Origin: Octopus bimaculoides
Lineage: Eukaryota
Assembly (NCBI RefSeq): GCF_001194135.2
Contig: NC_068998.1
Span: 1,893,802-1,957,801, forward strand
Direction: 5' to 3'
DNA length: 64,000 bases
The position numbers and the translations under genes are program-made. Shown here in pieces: positions 1 through 12,439 of the stretch. The notes under the pieces were generated by a model that saw only the letters and a list, made by a program, of their open reading frames with translations, had not been told where the DNA came from and made no database searches. Position 1 is the first letter of the stretch, and each line of letters opens with the position of its first letter.

Positions 1-330
1 GGAGTTGGTGATTAAGATTAAGGAGGAAGCGGAGGATAGGTTGGGTGAAGGGTTGAGGGCAGAGGGAGGAGAGGAGGTAGGCTTGGGAGAGTTGGTGGTC
101 AACGGAGTGGAGGAGGGAACGGATGGTGGCACGGATGATGAGGCGGGAGGTGCGGGCAAGGGTGGGCTCGATGAAGGGGGAGGAATAGGGGGGAGCGTGG
201 AATTTCAAGAGGAAGCCACGGGGTATGACATGATGGCAGAGACAGCGGTTGAGATGGCTCGTGTGGCGGGTCTTTTTGAAAAGCAAGTGAGAGAGGCTTT
301 TTGTGGGTTGCAAGCATTGTATTTATGCAT
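1..330 (-). mobile_element. Penelope-like retroelement, degenerate ORF N-terminus (continues out of window)
   Basis: The minus strand at 283->194 reads LFKKTRHTSHLNRCLCHHVIPRGFLLKFHA; after a frameshift it reads FIEPTLARTSRLIIRATIRSLLHS. This resembles the H(L.F)L.RC....IP.GF.LK N-terminal motif of Penelope-like elements. Confidence 0.55.
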
Positions 331-691
331 ATTTGACCTACACTTTTTGGCCCCCTGGTAATCCTTGTCTGGCCCCATCAATGTTGGTTATTTTGTAAAT
401 AAGTTCTACCTGGATACATGTCTGTTTATGCTTAATAAATAACTTTTTACTGCATTGTCTGAGTATTTTTAGAAATAAAAGGAGCAAAATACTGATGAAC
501 CATTAAAGAACATTGAAACTGATTCATTTAATTCCCATCCCAGGCTCCCAGAAATACATACAGAAATAATTGCATGTATATTTATTTATTTCATAAGATG
601 TCGTTCGAAAGTTTACCCCTTTGAATATATTGATATCGTGTTTTGTTTGTAACGAAGTAACTCAACAGTTGTCTTTCCTTGTCTTGTCCAG

Positions 692-877
692 GTTCATCCG
701 AGTCCCAAAGAAGATGAAACATTCTGTAATCAACCTCAGCATCAGCATCTTACTTCTGGTCATTGGCTTTACAATGGGTATCAACCGGGTGGACAACAGG
801 AGGGCCTGTCAAATCGTTGGCATTTGCATTCACTATTGCTCTCTTTGCTGTATCTTCTGGGTGACCATCACCTCCAA
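692..877 (+). CDS. ADGRA3: Adhesion GPCR A-family (GPR124/GPR125-like), internal exon encoding TM2-TM3
   Basis: Acceptor ttgtccag|G at 691/692 and donor AA|gtaaga at 877/878. Peptide FIRVPKKMKHSVINLSISILLLVIGFTMGINRVDNRRACQIVGICIHYCSLCCIFWVTITS matches the ADGRA2/3 pattern (H..NL....CQ.VGI.LHY.SL....W). The symbol is family-level; ADGRA2 vs ADGRA3 cannot be resolved. Confidence 0.88.
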
Positions 878-1229
878 GTAAGAGACAACTTTTCTGGGGT
901 TATTTTCTTTTATTTTCAGTTTGACTGTTGCTTGTTTATCATTGTTCTCACATCAATGTCACCTCCACAATGCATCAACACCACCACATCACACTCACTC
1001 CCAATTCCAAGTTGTCAGGATGTCTTGGTAAATAAAGTGATTTGGTCACCGTGATAAACACAACTATTTTACAACAAATACACTGGGATTAATGTGTGTA
1101 TAATCTTGGAAAATGGATGTAAAATACAAGAATATGTGTGTGTGTGTGTTTGCCTGTATCTATATGTACTTATGTCCAGGGTGTGTGGTTAATCCTCATC
1201 ACTTTGTAAGGAGCCTTGGCTGCTTTCCC

Positions 1230-1435
1230 AGTTTCTCTCCCATATATATTATATATTCCTCACTGGACAGGATACTGGTCTGTTGTAGGATGACTACTTT
1301 TTACCAGCTGAGTGACCTAGAGCCACTAGAATGAAGATTTTTGCTCAAGCACACAATGCATCACCACCACAGGGATTGAAACCGCAATCTTACGATCACG
1401 AGTTCAACACCCTCACCATTAAGCCATACACCTCC
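1230..1435 (-). mobile_element. tRNA-derived CORE-type SINE (family C)
   Basis: Reverse copy of the element at 15750-15990; A/B-box-like head followed by tgcattgtgtgcttgagcaaa. Confidence 0.6.
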
Positions 1436-1622
1436 ACATCCGGGGTTTGTAATGGGACCCTTTAACCACAAGTAACTAAGACTGGAACCAATGCATTTTC
1501 TAAGGAAAACGTTTTAATATGTAACCAAGACACGTTCTGTTATTATGAGACACACTCTTCATTGATGTGTGTAGATGATGGTGATGATGGTGTGTCATTC
1601 AATTTTCTGTTTCTCTCCGCAG

Positions 1623-1802
1623 CAACATGCTCAAGAAATTTGCCAAGGCCGAGCGACCGCCCCCGCCTCCACCAGAACCCCTCATCATGCCATTGCCACC
1701 GAAACCGATGCTGCGATTCTACCTTTTAGGATGGGGAGTTCCACTGATTATTTGTGGCATCACTGCTGCCGTTAACATGGACCATTATGCTGGGATGGAT
1801 TA
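1623..1802 (+). CDS. ADGRA3: ADGRA-like GPCR exon encoding ICL2-TM4 (not in the ORF track frame)
   Basis: Acceptor ttctctccgcag|C, donor TA|gtaagt; phase 2/2 joins both neighbouring exons. Translates [60 protein letters not shown]; [20 protein letters not shown] is an ADGRA hallmark. Confidence 0.92.
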
Positions 1803-2429
1803 GTAAGTGTTGGCTCATCTTTAACTTTGGACTAGGAATCGCACACACTCACGCTCTCCCCNNNNNNNNNNNNNNNNNNNNNNNNNNNATCCATTCCTTC
1901 ATACAATCAGTAACCATATAATCATTGCTATTATGTTAAACTGTCCTATGTCCAAATTTGGCCAAATGCGTTTTTTTTTTTCTTTCAATATTTATGTTTG
2001 CTTGCAATAGCCGGTTCTTTTGGTCAAACTATCGTATTTCCAGCTGCTTCAGATACCAAGATATGAAAATTGTCAAAGTGTAGTACAACGGTTTTGCTAT
2101 GGATTGGTGAAACTGTTTTTGTTTTCTGAAAAAGCGTTTTGGACTTACAACACTTTTGCATAATAGCAACGATATATATATGTGTGTGTGTGTGTTACCT
2201 TTCAATGACCCTGAAATCCTTGGTGCCATCATAATATACAGCATGCTTTGGGCATTTTTAGACTTGGCATAGACCATCTCTCTCTCTCTCTAAGTCTGCC
2301 AATTTGGCACAGTAAACAAGAGAAGAACCAATTCCAGTATTTCTGATTTATTCATCCTGAAAAAATGCAAAGTAAATTTGACCTCAAAAAGATTTCTAAA
2401 ATAATGAAATGATTTCGTTTTTGTTGCAG

Positions 2430-4582
2430 TTGTTATCTTTCCTGGGATCCTGGTCTTGGAGCATTCTATGGGCCAGTGGCGTTGCTGGTTGGAATCAACC
2501 TTGTCTACTTTCTGCGAATCTCTTGTGTTATTCGAGGATCGTCGACCAATCCGAGCTACTCTGAAGAGACGGAGGAGTTGCACGTCAATGAAATTGAGCT
2601 CTCTCCTAACCAGGAGCATCTTCACCCACATCATCATCATCATCATCATCACCACCACCACAACAACAATACAAACCAACCTCACCAAGCTCCGCCCAGT
2701 ATACCATTGCATGTCAACAACCACCATCGTGGCGGTAGTAGTGTTAGTGGTAGCAGAAATCAGCCAGACAATCGCTCCATCCATTCAGATGACAGTAACA
2801 TTTCCAGCATCTCTAGTATATTAGATGAGGAACGACGCCCCATCACCCAGCTCAGAGCTTTAGTAACCTTCCTCTTTTTATTTATCGTTGCATGGGTGTG
2901 TGCTGCTTTTGCTGTGGCCCAGCCATTTCGTGCCATTGTCCCAAAACAAGAAATAATCTTCAGTTATCTCTATGGATTATCCAGTATTATTCTAGGTGGA
3001 TTTTTGGTCGGTTTCTTTTGTCTTTTACGAGATGATTCCCGAGACTGTTGGAGGCGATTTTTCTGCTGCGAGAAAGACGAAGTGGAAATCGCTCGCATCA
3101 CGCCACCGAATGTCAATCACATGACTCACATCAATGGGCATGTGCGCTCGGGGAGCAGCGTCGATGGAGAGTCACTGACTGGCAAAATGTACAACAATGA
3201 GCGCAGTAACAAAGTAAAAGTTGTCGACCGCCCAATCAAACAGATTAATCTTGTCCCAATCCAACCTGCCACATTCACCGATGGGTCGGTTAGCAGTGCA
3301 CATGAGGCACCTTACCCCAATTTTTACAACCCTCGGCAGAATGGTGTTGCTAAGAAATTCTGGGAGAAGAACCGACACAATCATCTCAAGTTAATAAACA
3401 AAGAAATCAACAAAGACATCAGTGACTTCAATTCTGTTAATTTTGATGACTCGACCAAACGCTACAGTCACTGCACTAGTTCTGATGCCAATACTCACTG
3501 GAGTATTGAAATTCAGATCCAAGCCAATGCAGACGATGTGAAGAATGGTGGTGTCGGCCTCCAAAAACAGCCAGTCCCTGGCAAAATCCCAAATCAGTTA
3601 CCTCTCAACATCCATGAACCATTATTCCCCTCTTTGCCATTAGATAGAAACCAAATACCTCCAGTGGGAGGCCCCACGTCCCCAGAAACAATAACAGCAA
3701 GCCCATCTTGTAGCTTTATATCCCCATCTGGCTCTCAAACGCTACCTCACTGTCATTCTCCTGGGGCATCGTCCCTCACTTCCTATCAACATTCAAGTGC
3801 ATTCACTCCTGTTCAACCGAAGCGCTGCAACACATTACCAAAAATTGGCAAGGCAGTCGAGGCTGCCGATCAGCCGAATGAGTATATGGTGAGGGATGGT
3901 TCCGTTCCGAGGTTACGGGATTTTGATGGCCAGAGTGAGGTGAGTGCAGACAGAAGTGCTAATGTGGAATGCCCTGAAAACCACGTCCTACAAGGATACT
4001 TGCCACCCGAATCTGTTCATAATTCTGCCTTTCAAAATAGCAACAAGGACCCAGTCAAGCCAGTGGCTCATGGCCTTCTCCCATCGACACTGACCAATCC
4101 TCCAGATTTGGTGAAAGAGAATCATCTAACATCAAAAAACAATGAGTGTTCATTGCCATTAGATAAAAATAACCAAAATGCGCCTTTTGGACCACCACGA
4201 CAGAATTTCTATCTGCCTCCACCCCACCTAGAAAATAATGCTGCAACGTCTGCAGACTTTGTGTGCAGCAGCAGCAGTAGCAGCAGCAGCAACAAAACTG
4301 GTGAGGATGGCTATTTGAGTAGTGGAAGTGGTGGCCTTGTCAACCAGCTACCACAGCAACAGCAACAGCAGCATCATCATCATCATCATCATCATCACCA
4401 CCATCATCACAATCAACAAGGCCAGCCATCAAAAACTGACCCCACACAACTGCCACCATTCACCAACCCCCAGCAACGTACCCACCCCCCCAATTATGAA
4501 AGCAATCATATCGGCTGCAAATGTGATTCCGATGAGAACAACTGCAGCAGCAGCAACAACAACAACAACAAACAGTTGAATG
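2430..4582 (+). CDS. ADGRA3: ADGRA-like GPCR large 3' exon (TM5-TM7 plus cytoplasmic tail); 3' end lost in gap 4583-5461
   Basis: Acceptor ttgttgcag|T at 2429/2430; CYLSWDPGLGAFYGPVALLVGINLVYFLRI (TM5), QLRALVTFLFLFIVAW (TM6), IFSYLYGLSSIILGGFLVGFFCLLRDD (TM7), NFYNPRQNGVAKKFW. About 717 open codons up to the N gap; stop codon not seen. Confidence 0.92.
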
Positions 4583-6119
4583 NNNNNNNNNNNNNNNNNN
4601 NNNNNNNNNNNNNNNNNNNNNNNNNNNNNNNNNNNNNNNNNNNNNNNNNNNNNNNNNNNNNNNNNNNNNNNNNNNNNNNNNNNNNNNNNNNNNNNNNNNN
4701 NNNNNNNNNNNNNNNNNNNNNNNNNNNNNNNNNNNNNNNNNNNNNNNNNNNNNNNNNNNNNNNNNNNNNNNNNNNNNNNNNNNNNNNNNNNNNNNNNNNN
4801 NNNNNNNNNNNNNNNNNNNNNNNNNNNNNNNNNNNNNNNNNNNNNNNNNNNNNNNNNNNNNNNNNNNNNNNNNNNNNNNNNNNNNNNNNNNNNNNNNNNN
4901 NNNNNNNNNNNNNNNNNNNNNNNNNNNNNNNNNNNNNNNNNNNNNNNNNNNNNNNNNNNNNNNNNNNNNNNNNNNNNNNNNNNNNNNNNNNNNNNNNNNN
5001 NNNNNNNNNNNNNNNNNNNNNNNNNNNNNNNNNNNNNNNNNNNNNNNNNNNNNNNNNNNNNNNNNNNNNNNNNNNNNNNNNNNNNNNNNNNNNNNNNNNN
5101 NNNNNNNNNNNNNNNNNNNNNNNNNNNNNNNNNNNNNNNNNNNNNNNNNNNNNNNNNNNNNNNNNNNNNNNNNNNNNNNNNNNNNNNNNNNNNNNNNNNN
5201 NNNNNNNNNNNNNNNNNNNNNNNNNNNNNNNNNNNNNNNNNNNNNNNNNNNNNNNNNNNNNNNNNNNNNNNNNNNNNNNNNNNNNNNNNNNNNNNNNNNN
5301 NNNNNNNNNNNNNNNNNNNNNNNNNNNNNNNNNNNNNNNNNNNNNNNNNNNNNNNNNNNNNNNNNNNNNNNNNNNNNNNNNNNNNNNNNNNNNNNNNNNN
5401 NNNNNNNNNNNNNNNNNNNNNNNNNNNNNNNNNNNNNNNNNNNNNNNNNNNNNNNNNNNNNATATAAAACATATATCTAAAAATATATATATATAAACAA
5501 AAATTGAATAAAATACATTGTAAAAAAAAATGTATTTTGGCCCAAAACCACTGAAATAAAATAAAATAAACAATTAAGAAAAAGAAAATAGACTGAAGTT
5601 GAGTGACCCCCTAAACCTGCTCCCTCAAAAAGAAAAAAAAAAATGAAAACCCTAAAGAGTCATGGCTATTATTTTTTTGATTGTTTGTGAAACATTTCAT
5701 CACTTTTGAACTTTTATCACTTCCAGTTACAAGAAGGGAAAGGTCAAGGGGGTCAGAGCAACAAAAGGGGTCAGTTTTGTTGGTTATTTTTACCCTTTTT
5801 TTTTTTTTTACTTCCAGACGTGAAATTATACATACATACATATATATATATAATATGCATATCATTATATATATATATACTATACTATAATATATATGAT
5901 ATGGTATCACATTTTTTTTTCTACATCAAGGTGTTCTTGTAATAAACATGAAAAAAAAATTTATCCAAATCATTTTCAAATCCATAATCAAGTGTGTGTG
6001 TGTGTGTGNNNNNNNNNNNNNNNNNNNNNNNNNNNNNNNNNNNNNNNNNNNNNNNNNNNNNNNNNNNNNNNNNNNNNNNNNNNNNNNNNNNNNNNNNNNN
6101 NNNNNNNNGAGAGAGACAA

Positions 6120-6725
6120 AAACCTGGCAAATTTATATCTTCTTTTCCAGTGAAATTACTTAAAAGAACTGAAGCTAGTATGCTTTGCTGGATGTGCAAT
6201 GTCAGTGTGCATGTTTGACAGAGTGTAAGCATCTTGAGAGAAAAGTTAGGCATCAGATGTAGTTTGCAAGAGAGACAACTGTGCTGGTACGGTCATGTGA
6301 TGCGTATGGACAAGGACAGCTGTGTTAAGAAGTGCCTATCTTTAACTGTGGAGGGAAGAGATAGACCCAGGAAGACATGAGAGGAGGATGGTGAAACATG
6401 ATCTTTGAAAGTTGGGTCTCACAGAGGCGATGACACGTGATCAAGAACTTTGGGCGATTTGCTGTGCTTAAGAAGGTTCATCAAGTGAAATCGTAGTTGT
6501 GGCCAGTGTCAGTGACACAAAAGCACCCATGTTGGTGACATGCAAATGGCACCCATGCTAGTGACGCATTAAAGGTACCTCCTACACTCTTGGAGTGGTT
6601 GGCATTAAGAAGGGCATTCCAGTCACACAAACGAAGCTAAAATCAGACTGGAGCCTGGTACAGCTCTCCGGATTGTCAGTTCCAGTCTAATCCATGCCAG
6701 CATGGAAAGCAGGCATTAAATGATA
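6120..6725 (+). mobile_element. RTE-clade LINE, 3' fragment
   Basis: Degenerate EASMLCWMCNVSVH...LREKLGI...QERQLCWYGHVMRMDKDSCVKKC, followed by the shared 3' tail ending catggaaagcaggcattaaatgataacgaag. Confidence 0.8.
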
Positions 6726-8209
6726 ACGAAGATGGTAAATATGTGTTTTGTTTAACTAATATCTGCAGAATTTGAACTCAGAACCATTCACAATAAAGTA
6801 TCTCTACAGATAACTTCAAAAGCAAAAACAATGGGGGTCTCTTGACCTGTTAGGAAAAGCAGCTAAATCTCCAATGATATCAATACTGCAAGATATTTAA
6901 TTCATCCTAATTATTAATAATTTGAGCAGTATTTATTCTAAGACTTTATGAGATCAAAAGGGGTTAATAAAATAAAATCTCTGTCAAATGTTGGAATGGA
7001 TGGGATCCCTTAAGCCCCTCCACTCAAAATTGCTGGCCTTGTATCTAAAGCAGAACCCATTATTTCACTCAAAGACAGTGGATTGTCAGAAGTAGTAGAG
7101 AATCAGAAAAGGTTGTATTTAGTTTCAGAGTTCAAATCCAGTCAGAGTTGATTAAATTTTTTATCCATCCAAGGTTAATAAAATACAGTTCCAGGAGGCA
7201 TTAAAGGATAAGATATAATTGATTTGAGGTGATAACGAGTCAATTCACCAAGCAGAATTTGAACTCGGGACATAAAGACAAGAAATGCTGTGAAGCATTC
7301 CGTCCAGCTTTCTAACGATTCTGCCAGCTCGTTACCTTAACATCACTGAAATAATAATAATAATTTCTGATTTAGTCCCAAGGCCAATTATTTTGAGGGG
7401 AGGTGGTCACCAACACCTTTTATTCCAGTATTGTCCTTTATTTTATGGACCCTGGAAGAACGACAAAAGTGACATAGGTAGGATTTGAACTCAGAATGAA
7501 AAGCATCAGAACAAATGCTGCTCTAAAGATTCAGCCAGTTTCCTTCCTTTGAATAATGGTTTCTGATTGAGGCCAAAGGTCAGCAGTTTTGAAGGGAATG
7601 GGGTTTAAGTTGACATCATTAACCCCAGCGTTTGACTGGGTCTTTATTGTATGGAACCCCAAAAGGATGACCTTGGCAGGATTTGAACTCAGGACATAGA
7701 GCCAGGAGGAGGGGAGACATATGCCACAATTCTGTTCATACCTTTTGAAATGATAATAATGCTGAGAGGAGAGTCATGGGTGTAATGGCTTTTATAAAAC
7801 AAAAAAAAAACACATCGGATTCCCCACCCTACCCAACACACTGAAATGTTAAATGAGTCAGCATCGATAAGGTGGGAGGGGGAGGGGACGAAGAGGTGTC
7901 TTGAGTTGTCAGGTTAAAAACCCTTCCATTTGAAGACAGGTAAATAAGCTGACTGTAATAGCTGTCATTGTAGGTGTTTGTCAGAGTGGCATTTGAATGG
8001 TGTATGGTGGGGGGAAGATGGAGGTGGGAGGTACACGAGTACCAGGAGTGAAATTTGGGGAAGGTGGGCAGGAGGGGGGAGAAGCAAGCTGGTATTTGAA
8101 GCTAATTTCCACCCCATTATTGGAATGTGGCTCCTAAATAAGACAAACAAGTTAATCTTCCCAAGTGAGGATGGCAAGGGTTTATAACCCCGTATTTAGA
8201 CAACTGTGG

Positions 8210-8510
8210 AAGGTGCATGGCTTAGTGGTTAAGGAATTTAGCTGACAATCACAAAGTCATGAGTTCGATTCCCTCCCTGCAATGCATTGTGTCCTTGAGC
8301 AAGACATTTCACCTCACCTTGTTCCAGTCCACTCAGTTGGCAAAAATGAGTTGTACCTGTAATTCAAAAGGGGCCAACCTTGTCACATTCTGTGTTTTGC
8401 TGAATCTCCCTGAGAATTATGGATGCACGGGTCTGTGGAGTGCTCGGCCACTCACACATTAATTTCACAAACAGGCTGTTCCATTGATCAGATCGATTGG
8501 AATCCTCCTC
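8210..8510 (+). mobile_element. tRNA-derived CORE-type SINE (family C variant)
   Basis: A box TGGCTTAGTGG, B box GAGTTCGATTCC, CORE-like gtgtccttgagcaagacatttcacct; a related reverse copy lies near 45640-45870. Confidence 0.7.
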
Positions 8511-8744
8511 ATCATCATCATAACCAATGCAGTGCCAGTTTTATACACAATAAAACTTGTTAATTGCTCCAGGTTTGATAGTTGAGATTTATATCCTAGG
8601 TAGACACAGAAATGTAAAATTTTGATGGTTAGAGAGAGAGAAAGAGATGATTAAAACAGGGAAAAGTCATCACTCAGGGATTTGAACTTCGTAAGCTACT
8701 GTAAGCTGTGCCAACCACAACACCAAAGTGATGTCACAACCCTT

Positions 8745-9390
8745 CATCATCATTGTTTAATGTCCTTCCATGCTGGCATAGGTTGGAGGGTTTGACAGGA
8801 GCTGGCCAAATGCTTGTGTGTGTGTGTGTTTAGCATGGTTTTTACAGCTGGATGCCCTTCCAAACACCAACCATCCCACAGAGTGGGCTGAGTGCTTTTT
8901 ATGTGGCACTTGCACAGGTGAGGTCAGTTTTGGCATGGTTTTTTTTCAGCTGGATGCCCTTCCAAATGCCAACTACTTCACAGTGTGGACTGGGTGCTTT
9001 ATAAGAGGCACCTACACTGACAGGATCACCAAGTAACTTGCAAGACAAGGAATCTTTGAGAGGGGAGGGGGCACTGGAGGAGGAGGGATCTTGTGTCAGA
9101 CGATGAAAGGTTAGTGTGACCGAGAGACAGAAACAGGTGTTTTGCTGCAGAGGTGGGGGGGGGCATGGTTATCCAGCCAGAGAGAGAAGAGAGGGTGAGA
9201 AAGAGAGCAAGAGTTAACAAGAGGGCAGAAACAGGGAGATAACCATAGTGTATGAAGAGGAAATGTGAGGAAGGGAAGAGTTTGGGAAAGGGAGCTGTAG
9301 TTTGGCTTGTTGGGGGTAGGGGGTGTATGAAGATGTTATTGTTACGTATGGGTGGAACACAATGCTTCTAGAACTCAAATTTGCTAATGT
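8745..9390 (-). mobile_element. RTE LINE long 3' UTR copy
   Basis: Collinear with 48025-49145 (tail cagctggatgcccttcc, then gcaagacaa..gagaggggaggg, catagtgtatgaa, cttctagaactc). Confidence 0.65.
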
Positions 9391-9965
9391 GGGCAGGTCT
9401 GTGGAATAAAAGTTCTCTTACTTGAAAAATAGATGAGGGTCAGTGACAGGGAGAGCATCCTGTTGTACAGCAATGTCCCTGCAATATATACATGTAACCC
9501 ATGCTAACATAGAAAAACAGACATAAAAATGAATGTGTGTATATTGATTGTTCAATGTTGCAGAATCTATTAAAGAACTGCAGAAAATGTTTAAAAAAAA
9601 ACAATAAAATTTAACCTGGTAAACAACAAAATACCAATTAATTTTAGAGAATACACCAGTGATTATCAATCAATATATATATGCATACACACACATATAT
9701 CTATACACATGCACATATATATTTATTGATGTGTACAGTATTATATATCCATTACGGCCAACCTTACCAATCAGTTTCACACTAGGGATGAAACAGGATG
9801 TTAAGTAACAGCCCAATTATGTAGCTCTGTACTCTTCTGAGATGGCAGTTATGGAAGAAAATGTGGTAACTGCTCTCTATTGTTGAAGGTGAAAAGACAT
9901 CTGGTTTGTGGTTGCTGTGAAAAAAGACAACAAAACGAACTGAGCAAAAAGGGCCCCTGGGTGGT

Positions 9966-10388
9966 GCTGCAAGGCTACAAAAGTTTTCTGGATATATGTG
10001 TATGGTCTAATGGCTGGCATTCTTGAAGGGTTAGAATGTGTGCTGGAGGTACTACGTGAGTAGTGTTTTCAGGGGGAGTTGTGGGCTGGGCATTCCTGCT
10101 GTTATTGAAGTAAACTTTGCGTTTCTCTAATATCTTCTACTTTATGTTGTATTCCATGGCACTTTCTTTCAATGACCATACGTGCTTGGCCAGGGGTGGC
10201 ATTTCATCTCTTCAGGATGTTGAAGGAAAGATGAAACACAAAGGTGTTGATGCAAACTTTGGCCATCCACCCCGTCCCCTTCCAGAAAATGCTGTATATC
10301 TAGTACCATGGCACACATTCTAACCTTACAAGAATACCAACCCCTAAACTGTACAAACATTTCCAGATAACTCTTGTAGCCGTGCAAC
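9966..10388. repeat. Inverted-repeat pair with 78-bp core arms, part of a probable non-autonomous DNA transposon
   Basis: The reverse complement of 9966-10043 aligns ungapped to 10311-10388 at about 80% identity; similarity extends about 33 bp inward. Confidence 0.75.
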
Positions 10389-12043
10389 TTTGTTCTGTAT
10401 ATATGTTAGTGATTTCCAAACTGATATTGTGTGATCGGATTATCACAAAACAGGAAGTGAAGACAATGAAAAAAAATGGCCAAGCAGGAAGTCATGTGAC
10501 CATATGGTATTAGTATGGTGAGTATGAGAAGTCAAATAATAAACACAAACCTAAATATATTGCAGTCATTTGGTATTTTAACAACAAATGTGCCACCAGA
10601 AAATTCATCACCATCAAAGAATGTTGGTTTTTAACATTGAGTTTTTCAAGGTTGATGTGGATCAAATGGTTCTGACACCACAACAGCAGTACATGGCCCC
10701 TCATCCTTAGTCTTTTTTGGAGCTTGACATTCCTTGCTATGATCATGTCGTCATGTTGTCTTCTTCCTCTGCCATACAGCTCTCTCTTTCTTAGAATCCC
10801 ATCAAAGTTTAGTTCTTCTTCAGAGACAGAAAATAGTTCAGATTTGACCAGTTGATTAAGTTGGACCAACATTGGAATACAATGCTCACATATGTGGAAT
10901 GATGCTGCTGCTGCTACATATAAAACACACACACACACACCCTAGATCCTACCCCTAAAATAATGTCATTTAAGTGACAAGCTGAGAGAGTCACTCCTCA
11001 AACACAACCCCACCACAGACATAAAATTTCTTCTCTCTACACACACTACAATGGCTTCTTCTTCTCTGAAATCACAAATTTCATAGACTATCCACTCAGG
11101 CTTGTTGTATTTCTTCCTTTCTGTATCCCACCATCTCACACTTCCCACCTGTGGCTTTACCTGCCCACTACACCTGCCTCTCTCTCCTCACCACACACTC
11201 TGGCAATTTACCCATTCACACATCTTCCCCCCTTCTATCTATTATATTATCATTACTATGCTGCTGCTCACCCTCATTGTATGTATGTGTCTTTCTACTG
11301 CCACCACAACTTGGCAACCAGCGTTGGTGTGTTCATATCCCCGTAGCTTAGCGGTTCAGCAAAAAAGACCAATAGATTAAGTACTAGGCTTATATAGAAT
11401 AAGTCCTGGGATCGATTCATTTGACTAAAATTATCCAGGGTGGTGCTCCAGCATGGCCACAGTCTAATGACTGAAACAGATGAAAGAAAAGTAGAAATAT
11501 AGAGACAGACATCCAGACATGCAGAAATGCAGAAATAAAAACAGAAAAACAGAGAAAAACAGAAAAACAAAAACAGAAACAGAGAAAAACAGAGACCAGT
11601 TGATGTTCAAATTAATAACTTACACAACAAAATGTATTCAAGTTGAATTTTGTTAAACAGAGATAAAAAAAATTCAGTTTATTATTATTATTTACACAAG
11701 TTATTTATCAAGTAGTAACATTATATATACATATATATAATGTGCACACATGTATATTTTATATGTATACAGATATGTGTATATGTGCACACAAACATTA
11801 TATATATATAAAACCACACCTACCATTCAACATTCTCATGTCATTTGTATTTTTACATCATATTGTAAATAGTATGCAAAAAGGAGACATCTAAGGATAT
11901 TTATTAGTTTATATAACAATATACACACATATTTACACATACACACCAGCCAGGATTGAACAAATATACAGAAAAGTGTGCACATATGTAGATAAGCATT
12001 ATTTTCTAAACAAAATTTTGTGTCACATGTATATGTACGTATA

Positions 12044-12083
<40 letters not shown>

Positions 12084-12290
12084 CAGTAGAGGTAGAATCA
12101 ACAGAAAAGTACTCCATCCAATGGGAGATAATTACCAATTTAACTCACAACCAAAAGAGTTACAAATAGTTTCATGCTTTTAGGATACTTGAACAGGCAT
12201 ATTTTATAAATATACCTGCTCAAGTATCATAAAAGCATAAAACTATTTGTAACTCTTGGTTGTGTGTTAAACTGATTGATATTGATATAG

Positions 12291-12329
<39 letters not shown>

Positions 12330-12439
12330 NNNNNNNNNNATGTGAGCATATACATGCAAACTACAAGTGCACATGCACACATACATACTCTACACACACA
12401 CACCATCAATATCATTTTCCACATCTATTTTCTAATATT

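Noticed and set aside
5-361. 118-aa Gly/Glu-rich + strand ORF
   Set aside because: Antisense shadow of the C-rich Penelope-like fragment; no splice or homology support.
492-525. CTGATGA…GAAA hammerhead-like spacing
   Set aside because: No complementary stem II or stem I.
8215-8290. tRNA-like A and B boxes
   Set aside because: No cloverleaf; it is the head of a SINE, as are all other A/B-box hits in the window.
10510-10938. 142-aa minus-strand ORF with an acidic patch (SEEELNFDG)
   Set aside because: It starts in a microsatellite and has no recognisable domain. A resemblance to a piggyBac N-terminus was too weak to call.
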